DNA of 59,689 nt, filler included, from Squatina squatina (GCA_031763465.1; 4 parts of 4 records of this genome joined end to end with filler, not necessarily neighbours in it), one strand, 5' to 3'; positions 35,747 through 48,885 are shown, counted from the whole stretch's first letter. Notes: generated by a model from the sequence alone, not told the origin. Translations and numbers: made by a program.

Positions 35747-38029
35747 GTACGTTTCCCTTAGCTCCAACGTGTGAAAGTCCAGCTGCACATTGTCGGATTT
35801 CGGATGCAGTCTTGCGTTTCATGCATTACATTGGGTTAGCAATTTGCTTTAGTGTTTCAAACGATTGCTGGACAAATCAGATCAATCATCCAAGGATGCA
35901 CAAGTTGGGAATCATAAACTGAAACTCCAAGTGAGTGTTTTAAACCTNNNNNNNNNNNNNNNNNNNNNNNNNNNNNNNNNNNNNNNNNNNNNNNNNNNNN
36001 NNNNNNNNNNNNNNNNNNNNNNNNNNNNNNNNNNNNNNNNNNNNNNNNNNNNNNNNNNNNNNNNNNNNNNNNNNNNNNNNNNNNNNNNNNCACAGGAGAG
36101 GCACTTGGAGAAAAGGCCAATTGAGTTCAAAACAAAAATCCTCACGGATAAATTGAGTAACATGGTTGCCAAACAATAAGACATGCATGATCCTGTGCCT
36201 GCTTTGCGTCTATCTGCAAATGAGGAAAGTTCCAACTGCTCAGATCGTCTCTCAAAATGGGTAGTACATAATTAGGAAAAGTGGTCTCGTTCTCATGCTG
36301 TGGAAACCTGATAAGACCACATCACTGGGACAGAATGCTGTTGTGACCCAGACAAATGTGTGATCCATTCTGATTATTGTCCTCTATTGTATCACGGTGA
36401 CTGTGGATAAGATAGTAACTTTAAGATGTGTGATATAAAGTGATTTATATCAACAATGTAATCTTATCAGGTTTTGATGGTACAGGCAATCCTAATTGCA
36501 GGTAATAGCTACAAACTGCACATTGTGCTCCTTAATTGGTCAGTAATAGTATGTATATTCAATCTTGTTATACATGGATTTGATACCAAGGCAGGAGATG
36601 AAAATGGTCACTACAGGTCCTGATCATGAACCCAAAAATGAGGCAAGCTAGATGGACTTTTCTCATTNNNNNNNNNNCTCATTCCTACCCTTTTAATGAG
36701 CTTACATTCTTATCAGCAACTTTTGTGTCTGTTCTGGCCTATCACCTGTAATAGGATTCTGCTGTGTTGAACCTTTATTTCGCCAATCTCTGGAAGAGAA
36801 ACTACAAAAGAACAGCTGATCTTAGTCAATAATATCTTTCTCCACATTCTTTCATTGCCCCATTGACTACAGGTTCATGCCCCATCTCCTGCTGCTCCCC
36901 CTGGCAACTGTTGTCCCACCTGGTACTGCATGCCCTCACTGCCACCTGATTGTGCCAACTGCTGCCCTGAAATGAGCAAATTTTTTATGTCAACATTTTT
37001 TTTAATGCAAACAAAATAAAGTACATAACCTTTTCATAAAACTCAGTCAATACTTTAACTATAAATCTCTGCCATAGATACTTTGCTTTTGTAGTTCTTT
37101 GTGACGATTCATTCAGTATACCAGCAAAATCACATTCTCATGCTGTGTGGCATTTCAGAGGCACTCATTTTTCTTTATTTCTGAGGTATTTTTATGTACT
37201 TTTCCTACGTGTTTAACTTTATTAAAGCATCTTAGTGTTTGGATGGTTTTTTTTGTAGTTTAATGGATTTTTTTCTTTTGATAATTGAAATTTGACTCTC
37301 GAAGTGATTGATACCTGTACTGTGAAGCATGGTCACATGGTGAAGCTCACTATAGTTCCNNNNNNNNNNNNNNNNNNNNNNNNNNNNNNNNNNNNNNNNN
37401 NNNNNNNNNNNNNNNNNNNNNNNNNNNNNNNNNNNNNNNNNNNNNNNNNNNNNNNNNNNCAATTTTCTAGGTTGACATGTGTGAGTAATTTTGCCTACCA
37501 AAAGCTAAATGTATATACATCAGCTTATACTTTTAGCATAATTTGTCTGCCATTTTGTTATTGAGGAAGGGGCTAATGAGTAACACAATTAAATAGACCA
37601 ATTCTCATATGATGCACGATGAAATTGATCTTATTATGATAAATAGGGTCCATTTACTTATTTACTCCTTGCTACTTGATTTTTTTTTAAAAGAAAGGAA
37701 CCATGCTTACTGAAACAGTTTGTACATCTGGATTTTGGATCTTAATATCCGTGTAGGTGACAGTTATAAGAGGAGGAAAGATCTGTCCTTGTAGAGTGTC
37801 AGGCACAAGGTTGATACTGCAATAAGATGTCAACAAGATAACATTAAATCTATTTGGTTTTTTAATTATAATTCAATTATAAACTATTATAATTTTCATA
37901 ATAAATTACAACTATTCTTTCCTTTAAAATTACTGAATAAATTAGTTGACTGAAATCCTAATGGCAGCATCTAGTACTACAACATTTAAGGAAATACTTA
38001 TGTTTATATATCTCCTTGTAAATTGGTTT

Positions 38030-38425
38030 GCTGACACTCAATTCATTGAAATCAAAACCCTTGGTATCACTTATAAATCCCTTCATAGTTTCACACCACC
38101 ACTTCTCTGTAACCTCCTCCAACCTTGCATCTCAGCCCTTGCCCTTTGATCTCTTGACTCTGACTTCTTGTGTGTATTTCCTCCCCTAATCAAGGCACTG
38201 CCTTGAACTATCTTGTTTCTTCTCTCTGGAATTTCCTTGCTTAACCCATCTGCTTTGCAAATTCTCATCCCACCTTTAAAAGCCCCCTCAAAACTTACCT
38301 CTTCAACCATACTTTCAGTTATCTCCCCTACCTCTACTACCACTGCATGGTCTCCTTCTCCTCTGTTAAGTGTCTTGGGACTTTAACTGCATTAAAGGTA
38401 CAATATAAATGCAAGTTATTGTTGT
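38030..38425 (+). mobile_element. Degenerate L2 LINE 3' end
   Basis: cttctctgtaacctcctccaacc...ctctggaatttccttgc...tttaaaagccccctcaaaacttacctcttc...tataaatgcaagttattgttg. Confidence 0.7.
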
Positions 38426-40202
38426 GTATCAGGAAATGGCATCTCACCAATAGTTGCAATTGGTATCAGGATGCAAGCTCTGGGTGCAGATTCTGCTCTG
38501 ACTGAAACTGTCAAAATAGCCATTTCATAACAGTGGCCAAAGTTTTGATGCAAGCTTTCAATGGCTGAACTACACTTTAAGGAAGTATTTATAATTTCAG
38601 CTGTTCTATTGGATGTCAGCTCTTTGAACTGCAAATATCAATTTATGCAAAGTTTGTGGTGAGGTTATGATGTTCAAATTATTTGTGCCAATAAAGAATT
38701 TTAAAAATCATCGCATCACAAGGTTCCATAGTAAATTGGTTTTTTTATTGACTTGTTCTTGCATTGATAACTGTTGATGTTTATACCCTTACATAAAACT
38801 AATATATTATCTCACTACCCTCAGTTTCCTCTTCTCCCTACAGTCTCTGGGATTTAAAAAGCCAAGCTGAGCATCACCTCAACATTAAATCCTGATTTAT
38901 ATTGTCTTCTCTGCTACTTATTTCAATCTCGATGGTCTCCTGCACTATGGTCCTTGGCCCTTCACTTTGGCTTCTCAATCTAAACAAGGAATTCCTTTCA
39001 AGATTAAACCTCTGTCATCATTTATCATTTTTGCAAGTGATAAGTCATCACCAAATGGTTATCCACCTCTGTATCTTTATACAAATGTGAAGGCAATTTT
39101 GATTAAACATTTGACTGATTTGGGTTTCTTTAATGCATTTGATTGGAATTTTCCCAAAGTCCATCCTGTGCTTTCAGTTGTCAGACAGGGTGGGTCCAGC
39201 TCAGGGTTATTTCCATGGTTGCCATCAATGTTGCTTTAAATTGAGCTGCTGTACTAATGGAACCACATCACCAGTGTCCAATAGTTTGGCTGGTTGATGT
39301 TTATTGAAGTGTGATCACCAGTATTGGAATTCCATCATCCACTCACTACCTGCCTATTAAAAATATACTGTTAAAATGTGCTTTTATTTTCTTCATTAAT
39401 GTACAGCATATTAGCTGCTACCTGTGCCTTTTTGAAATGTGGAGGGGATTGTGGTTGAGTCTTTCCACCTCATTCCCCATAAGTACAGCAATGAAATCAC
39501 ACCCATCAGTCATAAAGTTCTGACGAAAGGTCATCGACCTGNNNNNNNNNNNNNNNNNNNNNNNNNNNNNNNNNNNNNNNNNNNNNNNNNNNNNNNNNNN
39601 NNNNNNNNNNNNNNNNNNNNNNNNNNNNNNNNNNNNNNNNNCAATTGCATTTACACTGGACTGCTGACTTTGACCAGGGTGCTGTTGACATGGTATAAAT
39701 TTGATTGTCAGGCTTAAACAGGAAGAGGTGGGAGTGTAATTGCAATAAGGTAGGGCTTTAGAAAAAAAGGGGAGGATAGTTTTTACCCAAAAGTATTCAG
39801 TTGAACAAAACTGTAGTTTTATGATTTGGAACCACATTAGTTAAAACATAGGGAAGGAAGATGTAACTACAGGTGTTTCACTGTGAATATTCAAAGTTAA
39901 TAAATGCAAGCCATGATATTTGCTTTGTTAAATCGCGATGGTAAACAAATATGCTCAAGGTGCAGTAAAATATTGAATCCTCCAGTTTAGCTGCTGAGGA
40001 AATTGACATTCCCTGATTGGCTGGAAGGCAAAGCTTCAAAGATAACAAGCAGACTGGCATGTCGATACAGGTGACTTTTCCAATGATATGTCATCTGGCC
40101 TGAAAGATCTGTTGTCTTGTAAAGGGCCTGTCACTGGGCACGCTCATAGCCAACACCTGTCTCAGCACCATTTAGATTAGCTGTTGCACACGCAATATTC
40201 TG

Positions 40203-40620
40203 TCAGCTTGGCTCAGTTAGTATCGCTGTTACCTGTGGTTGTAGCTTTGAAAACCACATTAAGTTTTGAGCTCATAATCTAGCTTTATACTCCAGAGCAC
40301 TGTTGAGGGAGTGACGTTTTATTGAAGGTGTATTTATTAGCTCGGAAATCAAACTGAGTCCCATCTGCCTATTCAGGTAGATGTTAAAGATCCCTTGCGT
40401 TGTTTGCAGAATAGTCCTGGCCAACCTTCTGCTCTCAGTTAACATCCCCAACAATCAAATGAACTGATCATTCATCTGTCTTGTTGCTGTTTCTGAGACA
40501 TTGCTGGTAGAGAATGGCTGCTCAATTTATCTACCTAACATCAATTGTACTTCAAAATGGAAAATTAATTTTATGAACGGCTTTGAGACTGATATGATAA
40601 GTGCAATCTAAATGTAAATA
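40203..40620 (+). mobile_element. Near full-length degenerate Deu-domain SINE
   Basis: tcagcttggctcagttag head, ctccagagcactgttgagggagtg and gatgttaaagatccc core, L2-like tail. Confidence 0.75.
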
Positions 40621-40914
40621 TTATTATATTGTTGATAGAAGTTAAATAGGGGGCATACTCCGGGCTCTGGACCATTTCCTAACAATGCAAAATGTATAAC
40701 ATAACTGCCTATAAAATGGTCAAATATATTCGGAGCTTCCTGAGTCTCATCGAAAAATAACCAGGTATAACTGAAGTAGTCTGTGAATGATAGAGAATTG
40801 AAGAATAACAGTAGCTGTAATTATAATTTAAATACTGCAATCTAACATATACCAGGTTTGTATACTTACATAATAAAGACAATCTTAATACATGTAAAGC
40901 TTCAATTATATACC

Positions 40915-41350
40915 ACAGCTAAAAGGGTTAAATTTTGAGGACAGGTTGCATAGACTAGTCTTGTATTTCCTCGAATATAGAAGATTAAGGGATGATCCAG
41001 CTGAAGTGTTTTAAGATGATTAAAGGATTTGATAGGATAGATAGACAGAAACTATTTCCTCTGGTGGGAGAGTCCAGAACAAAGGGAACATAACCTTAAA
41101 GTTAGAGCCAGGCCATTCAGGGGTGATGTCAGAAAACATTTCTTCACACAAAGGGGAGTGGAAATCTGGAACTCTCTGCCCCAAAAAGCTGTTGAGGCTC
41201 GGTCAACTGAAAATTTCAAAACTGTGATTGAAAGATTTTTGTTAGGCCAGGGTATTAAGGGTGGAGAGAGTTAAGGCACAGATCAGCCAAAAACGAATTG
41301 AATGTCAGAACAGGCTCGAGGGGCTGAGTTGCCTGCTCCTGTTCCTATAT
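40915..41350 (+). mobile_element. CR1 LINE 3' end
   Basis: aaactatttcctctggtgggagagtccagaacaaaggg...ttcttcacacaaaggggagtggaaatctggaactctctgcc...caggctcgaggggctga. Confidence 0.9.
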
Positions 41351-41926
41351 ACACAGTAAAATATATCTTGTACCTAATTTGGAATATATGCAGTAAATTA
41401 CATGGTTCAGACTCCTTAAAGCAATTTTGGTGATGTCAGAAATTTTGGTAGAGAAATTCTTCAGAGCTGCTCCTGCTCCATCCATGTTACTTCACTAGAA
41501 GTGCTNNNNNNNNNNNNNNNNNNNNNNNNNNNNNNNNNNNNNNNNNNNNNNNNNNNNNNNNNNNNNNNNNNNNNNNNNNNNNNNNNNNNNNNNNNNNNNN
41601 NNNNNAGACACTCCTACCTGATTGCTTGGGGCCTCCCACGTGACCTCTCCAGTCTCTCCGCAGGACTTAGACAGGAAAGAACAGAGCCGCGCTGCCCATG
41701 CACAACTGTGGGGGCAGAAAATCGCAAGCTCACGTGAATCCAGGACTGTCAGGTAAGTTCATAGACATTTTTGTGATTGGATGCATCCGCATGCAGGAAG
41801 CCTCCGATCGCAAAATCAGAGCCAATAAAATACTGCAAACATGTTTCAATTGTTTAATTTGATGTGATCAGGAAGGGGTTATTTTATAAATGTTTGTTAA
41901 ATTATTTGCATGTGATCTTCTTGCAG

Positions 41927-42028
41927 AATGTAGCAAAACAAATGGGACTTGACACCAGAAAGACATCTTCTCTTTGGAAAGATCAAGCATTAGTTGAAAT
42001 AAATATTGCTGTCCTGTACAGCTTTCAG
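41927..42028 (+). CDS. NOS1: Neuronal nitric oxide synthase exon (oxygenase domain)
   Basis: ttgcag acceptor, 102 nt, gtaagt donor; [34 protein letters not shown] (NOS1-type [24 protein letters not shown]). Confidence 0.95.
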
Positions 42029-42114
42029 GTAAGTACAAGCTTCATATAATGGCTGTTTTTTCTCAATAAATACACAGATTATGTGCTCATTGAAAATGTT
42101 TTCTCCCTATTTAG

Positions 42115-42309
42115 TCTGATAAAGTGACAATTGTGGATCATCATTCTGCTACGGAGTCCTTCATGAAACACATGGAAAATGAGTATAGATGTCGAGGAGG
42201 GTGTCCTGCAGACTGGGTGTGGATTGTCCCCCCGATGTCAGGAAGCATCACACCTGTATTCCATCAAGAGATGCTGAACTATCAGCTAAGCCCATCATTT
42301 GAATATCAG
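42115..42309 (+). CDS. NOS1: NOS1 exon (oxygenase C-terminal, pterin-binding region)
   Basis: ctatttag acceptor, 195 nt, gtaagc donor; [65 protein letters not shown]. Confidence 0.97.
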
Positions 42310-44023
42310 GTAAGCCGTTGAGAGCAATATAGTCTCTTTGCCTGTTTTTTCCGGCTTAACTTCTAACCAATCGATTAAGCTTACTTTTTATTATGCTAGT
42401 TCTTTATCAATAATTCTTGATACTTTATAATATATATTATTTAAGATCAACGCATTACTCACATATATCCATAAGGTATGGAAGCCAAAGGGGAGTTATT
42501 TTAGTACTGTTGATTTTATGGTTTAGGGTGATTATAGAGACAGTTACTGCTGATGTAGGAGTATGTTTACCGTAATACTTCTGTTTTAGTAGTATACCAC
42601 TACCATTGTAGTATTACTACCANNNNNNNNNNNNNNNNNNNNNNNNNNNNNNNNNNNNNNNNNNNNNNNNNNNNNNNNNNNNNNNNNNNNNNNNNNNNNN
42701 NNNNNNNNNNNNNNNNNNNNNNCGCAATCCCGGGCATCCACCGATGCTGATCTTAACAGGCTTCTGGTAGGCCCAGAAGATCAATTTAGGAAACCTCATC
42801 CTTTAACCTCCTCTCTGCTCAGCATCACGTGTGGAAGCTGAAAAGTCAAGGGACAATCTTCCACTCACTGGGCTTAACAATTTGCAACCATGGGGTTGAG
42901 ATCAAAAACTCAACAGTGTGGGAGATCAAAGCCTATGGCCTATTCCATGGTACTACACACAGGCACTCCAATTACATTAACTGGTTGGAAATTTGTCTGC
43001 AGCCAGTCTTTGGGATTTTCAATATACATTCTTAGTGGATAAGGCTCTCTGCTGGGACCATGAAGTAAGAAAATTGCACCTCCTGTTTTCACTTAGGGGT
43101 AAATATTCATCTCCAGTGCTCTGCCAGCAGATTTTTTTGCCAAGGATACATGTTGCTAGTTTGGGAATTCTCCCATTGGGAATTACATCAGTTTCCTGCC
43201 CATTCTGTAGATATTCATTAGGACTTGACAGACAATTGTGGGAGCATGTGCCTGAAGTTCTGATGCATGCTCCCAGCAGGAGAAGCTCTGCGTGAGGAAC
43301 GCTGAGGTCCAGGAACTACTGTTGTGGATATTAATGAATATTCTTTGCATGCCATTTAAAACAAGTGGGCTAATGCCTACTGTAAACCTTAAAGAGTAGA
43401 TTTTCTTTTGACTGCCCCTGAGGAATTCTCAGTTTCCTGGTATAGTGAAGAGGAAAAAGGGACGTAAACCCTTTGCAATAGTTCTCCACCCCCGGGATTT
43501 GGGGGGCTCCTAAATTCCTGCAGTAGGTGCAGGCCTATTCAGGTGAGTTGGCAGGTACTGTTCTCAGCTCTCTTGACTGTACCCAAGGGCACCCTATGCA
43601 GAGGGGCACTCAAAAAACATTGGCTTTCACTGGGACACTCCACAGGCTGGGGTCACGGGACTATCCCAAAGATGAAGGACGGGAAAGTTTAGAAAATCAT
43701 TTCTTCCCTCCCCCGCGCCCCTCAGCATGAACTTTAGGCCATGAGGCCTTTAGGCTGCTGCTCTCCGGCGACAGACAGGAGGCCTCAAAGTTGGTAGCCA
43801 GGTGCAGAGCTTCTCAGCCTTGCAGCTACGCTCCTGGTTACCACTCCCCAACCCAATTCCAATCCTAGTGCTAGGCTCTGCCAGGAAATCTGGCCAGACT
43901 CCCTTTACATACGTGGCCCGAAACAAAAATTGGTTCTTAAAGGTTGCTGTATTCATATCATCAACTGTAAATTCTAGGCTGCAGCTTTTGAAACAGAAGG
44001 AACAATCTCTTTTGTCCACACAG

Positions 44024-44193
44024 GCGTTATTAGCAACTGGAGTGATGAGAATCGCATTCCGCCTTGCACCATCTTTCAAGTCTTTAAGTACTATCTGGAC
44101 ATCACAACTGCCCCAACCCCACTCTTACTGCAGCAGTTTGCTCTCCTGTCAAGAAATGACCAGCAAAAGAAAAGGCTCGAAGTTCTCAGCAAG
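44024..44193 (+). CDS. NOS1: NOS1 exon (reductase FAD/connecting domain)
   Basis: cacacag acceptor, 170 nt, gtaagt donor; (G)VISNWSDENRIPPCTIFQVFKYYLDITTAPTPLLLQQFALLSRNDQQKKRLEVLSK. Confidence 0.94.
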
Positions 44194-44584
44194 GTAAGTT
44201 ACTTCTTGGTTTATTTAAACTCATTAAACTATTTCAACTAGATTTATATTTTGAAAAACAAAAGAGTGAGCCTCTTGCCAGCTGCCGCATCCACTCAAAG
44301 ATCCCCTTCCCACAAAGCATTCCGTGCCCCCACAATCAAAGTGCGGCTAATATTAATGCTAACTCTAACCCAAGGAATAGCTGTCTCCCTACAACACACC
44401 ACCCTTTCAAACTCTTACAGGCAAGAAAACGTGTATATATTTTGCAAAACTGAATAATTTTTAAAGCAATTACTTATCTATTCANNNNNNNNNNNNNNNN
44501 NNNNNNNNNNNNNNNNNNNNNNNNNNNNNNNNNNNNNNNNNNNNNNNNNNNNNNNNNNNNNNNNNNNNNNNNNNNNNNNNNNNN

Positions 44585-44720
44585 AAAATTTAATTTCTTG
44601 AAAAAGAATTTTTTTCATTTTTCTATATTGAAGATTATCCAGCTCTCGAACAGCATCTTTTGTTCTTGCAATAAGGTCACAAAGAACTCTTTGTGGACGG
44701 TCCCGGCGAACAAAATCATG
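44585..44720 (-). CDS. TAOK3: TAO kinase 3 exon, truncated by a gap
   Basis: Minus strand: ctgttatcag acceptor, then [51 protein letters not shown] and KKILFQE are recalled as TAOK3-type rather than TAOK1-type. Confidence 0.9.
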
Positions 44721-45389
44721 CTGATAACAGAAATATAAAATCAATGCGCAAAAGTTAAAAGTTATACATACTGTGTTATACACAGAATATAATTACAAGA
44801 GAACACTGGAAAATAGTTTCTTATATTGTTGAGGAAACAAGACCAGTTTGCAAAGCAAACAACCCCTGCAACACAAATAACAATGGTACTGTGATTTGTA
44901 CACTAAAGTACATTGGCGTACAATCTCTCAGCGTAGCTTAACTGAGCACAATTTTAATATTTGTAGCAGGATTTTTATTCTCGTTAGGCATTCCTAAGCT
45001 TCTTCATGGATTGTACAGTTAATCTCCATGTTCTCATTAAATGTGTACTTTCTAGCCAGTGTTAGGAGCGAATTATCCAGTAAGACAAGTTATTAGAGTA
45101 TTTATGGCTTCTGTAGGTTACTTGTATGCATTACTTGGGCAGCATACACATGCTGCGAATACACCATTCCATTCTCCCACATAAAAATCAGAATATCAAC
45201 ACTGTATATAACCTCTACCTGCCCCTGGAAGCCAGATACTAATGGGTTATCTTAAGGAAAACAGGAAGTGAAAATTCATCCTGTTAACAATAGTTCAAGA
45301 TTCATTAGTTACATTCTTTCCAGAATCAAGTCAGATCCCATTTCCATTTATGTTAATTCCAAAGTGGCTACTTGTGTGGTTTTAGAGAG

Positions 45390-45489
45390 NNNNNNNNNNN
45401 NNNNNNNNNNNNNNNNNNNNNNNNNNNNNNNNNTTAATTAATTAANNNNNNNNNNNNNNNNNNNNNNNNNNNNNNNNNNNNNNNNNNNN
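45390..45489. other. Artificial scaffold-joining spacer
   Basis: N44-TTAATTAATTAA (45434-45445)-N44. Confidence 0.97.
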
Positions 45490-47463
45490 CTAAAGATATA
45501 CAATAACATATCGAGTTGTGCAATTTGAAAGTACTCTGATGCAGTGCAAAAGGCTAAACCTCAAATAATTACCATCAGTTCTTATTTAGTATAAGTGACT
45601 TTACATTTCCCATTTCAAGTAAATTTATTTTTGAAACTGCTGAAACTATTCAACATATACATGCACACTCTGTGCTGGGCGCTCCATTCATTCATCACCT
45701 TATTTTGAGCACTGCTCCAAGGCTTTTCCTGACCTGTAGGCTATTGGCACACATTGGTGTGAACTCTACTTTGTAAACTCTGAACCCTCCGATTTGTTAG
45801 TGTGTTTTCCTGAACTCAAATGGTCATTAGTCTCTTGAGAGCAAAGTTAACTCTTGCCTGAAGGCTGAAAATTCTTTGTCAGGGTCATGCATTGGTCCAG
45901 CCTTATATTTCTATGCCAATCAGCGTAAGCTGGAAAGTGTCGGACAAGCTGTTCTGCAAGCAATATTAACGGCATTCAAATAACTCTTGTGAGGTTATAA
46001 AGTGTTCTGGGTGCCATCATTTTAATGAGACCTGCCTCATGAAACAGCTTCTCTGGGGTGGTGGGGACTTGTTTCACATTGAGGAGACTTAAATTAGTGC
46101 TATTTAGCTGCAGANNNNNNNNNNNNNNNNNNNNNNNNNNNNNNNNNNNNNNNNNNNNNNNNNNNNNNNNNNNNNNNNNNNNNNNNNNNNNNNNNNNNNN
46201 NNNNNNNNNNNNNNAAACAAATTTATTTACTTGTCAAAAGCACGTAGGTAGGAAACAAAGCACAAGGCCACAGCAATAAGCACTTTTCTCTCGAGCCACC
46301 ATAAAACTAATATGCTATCTTTTAACGCTGGTACCATTAAGTAGAAAGTGGGATGTCATCATAGAGCAATCAGCATCATTTGGCCAGTAGTTAATGTGTG
46401 ACAGTTGATATGTCGAATCTAAGAAATTTCAGTGTTCATAACACTATGTCACCTGGGCAACAGGTTAGTTAGAGTGTGGGTCTTGTCCTTCTGCCCTTTC
46501 CTCCATTAGGTAACCTTTAAATTTGTTAACACTTATTAACCTTAAAGAGCCCTTACCATTATGTTATGGCTGATTTATGCACTGTTTGTGTAACGTAAGA
46601 TAGCATAATTTGCTGACCGAAGCCGCACATTGGTTTGCCCAGGGTACTTCTTCAGTGTGATTAGGGCCAGCAATATAACAATTATTTTTAAAATACAACA
46701 CTTGCCAAACACTTATTAAATATAATGTCTAACATTTAATTGCCGGCTTTTTTCCCCTTGCCTTTTAAATGAATTTGCCAATTAAAGCGCTGTCGAATAG
46801 CAGGAGTCTGCTGAAGTGAGGTGATCTGACAATGGAGTAACTCGGGTTCACTGGAGGCTGAACAATGGAGACAGTGTGACACGACCATCAACAATTTAAA
46901 GCTATAGTACCACAGACAGTACAGTTCTGTACCACTGTCCTATTCATCTATGCAGCTAAGTCATGCAGCTGGGCTCCACAGGAACACAATTCACTTTAGT
47001 TAAACGCTGCAGGCTGTGTAGCATTTGAAGTGTCCTGCTGTTCATCTATTTTTACTCTGCCTCCTTCAATGCANNNNNNNNNNNNNNNNNNNNNNNNNNN
47101 NNNNNNNNNNNNNNNNNNNNNNNNNNNNNNNNNNNNNNNNNNNNNNNNNNNNNNNNNNNNNNNNNNNNNNNNNTAATATTGTCATTTGATTCTCTGTTAT
47201 GTTATACATTCAGGTATCAAATTGACTGCAGTTTTTTTTTAATTCTAAGTGCTGAGTTAAAATGCTAGAGGTGTGCAAGTTAAACAATGTAATTGCCCAC
47301 TATATCTGATGTGTATTTCAAGAGGTAAAGTAAGCCGACCAGGACATATATTTTTGTGGGTGGGGAATTAAGTTAAAATGTCCACAATTTATCTTGTATG
47401 TTGCTCACTGAATTGACCAAATTAAATACTCTGTAATTTTCTGTTTTGCATCTATTGTTCTAG

Positions 47464-47597
47464 GCTTATGTGGAAGCACAGAATAAATTGACATTACCAT
47501 TTTTGGAAAAGTGTTCAGTAAGAGAAAAGTTCAAAGAAAGAATGACAGAACTCTATGATTATCCAAAGTACAGCTGCCATTTTCGAAAAGGAACAAG
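47464..47597 (+). CDS. PREP: Prolyl endopeptidase exon (N-terminal region)
   Basis: gttctag acceptor, 134 nt, gtacaa donor; [44 protein letters not shown](R). Confidence 0.95.
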
Positions 47598-48719
47598 GTA
47601 CAAGTAAAAAATGTTAAAAAGCACTGGCATTTTTCTGTGCTGGATTATAAATCTGTATTTCCCAGAACAAATCGAGATGAATTTGATACTGCTTATTTTG
47701 TATGTCCAAAGCAATTTCATTTTCTTAGCAATACAAAATATGTAGCAACATTATAACCAAACACCAAGTGGTTTGAATTTCAGCTTTGGGTGTGAGTATT
47801 TTCATAAATATGTTCTTGGCATGTGGGTAATGTTGGTAAGGCTGCATTCTGTCCTGGGAAGGTGGTGGTTGGCTGCCTGCTTTCTTAGAAATTATGATTC
47901 TGTGACTGTGCTTATTTTTCTGCTTTCCAGAGATTCTTTGTACAACTGAGTGGCTTGCAAGGGTGTTTAGACCCAACCTAATCTTATGATCTAAAGGCAT
48001 GGATTTAGCAGTTTCTTGTACTATTTCAGTTGCACACCACTCGTAGTTCTGCACACTTTTTAAAAAGTAGCCAGGCAGTCGACTGGATCACTTGAATTTT
48101 TTTGTTAGTAAAAAATCAACAGGACAACCTCCTAACATTAAAAATATCATAGGTCAGCATACTTGTTTAAATCATACTCATAGAAATTTACGGCACAGAA
48201 GCAGGCCATTCAGCCAACGTGTCTGTGCCGGCCAATGTGTAAGGCCAGTATTTTGTTTTCCCCTGATTTGACAGCAGCGTGAGTGGTTCGTAGTGTTGCA
48301 AATTAATTTGTTACCTACAGTGCATCTGCATGTTTATACCTAATGCTACTTTTGAAACCTCTGGCAATTAGAATTTGGAGTACTTTACAGTTTATTGTGG
48401 AAAAAGTCATTACTTTGTAACTTTTTTATATAAAAGTATTCACTTTGACAGTGGCTCATTGTTCTTGAGACATCCTCTGCCTGTTTCATTGCCTGTACTC
48501 AAGCTGCAATCTCGATCAAACTCTTAGCTTGCAGTAAGTGTATTTTCCCTAATTTTAGTTCCTGTTACCCATTCATGTTCTGCATAGTGTACGTTTGGTT
48601 ACACTTAGCACTTGAATTCTACGACAGTCTGTGCCACCTTCAATGAGGTTTGTTGCTGATGAAAAACATCAATTCAACTTGTCAACAATGGCAGTTGGGA
48701 CCAACAAGCCAGCCCCTTT

Positions 48720-48885
48720 TAGGAACATAGCAACTGAAGTAGGCCATTCAGCCCCTTGAGCCTGTTCCTTCATTCAATTAGATCATGACTGATCTGTATC
48801 TTAACTCCATTTACCCGCTTTGGTTCCGTAACCCTTAATAACCCTTGCCAAACAAAAATCTTTCAATCTCAGTTTTGAAATTTTC
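48720..48885 (-). mobile_element. CR1 3' UTR fragment
   Basis: gaagtaggccattcagccccttgagcctgttccttcattcaattagatcatgactgatctg. Confidence 0.8.

Noticed and set aside
41927-44193. NOS2 or NOS3 identity
   Set aside because: Diagnostic segments ([45 protein letters not shown]) and linkage to KSR2 and TAOK3 favour NOS1.
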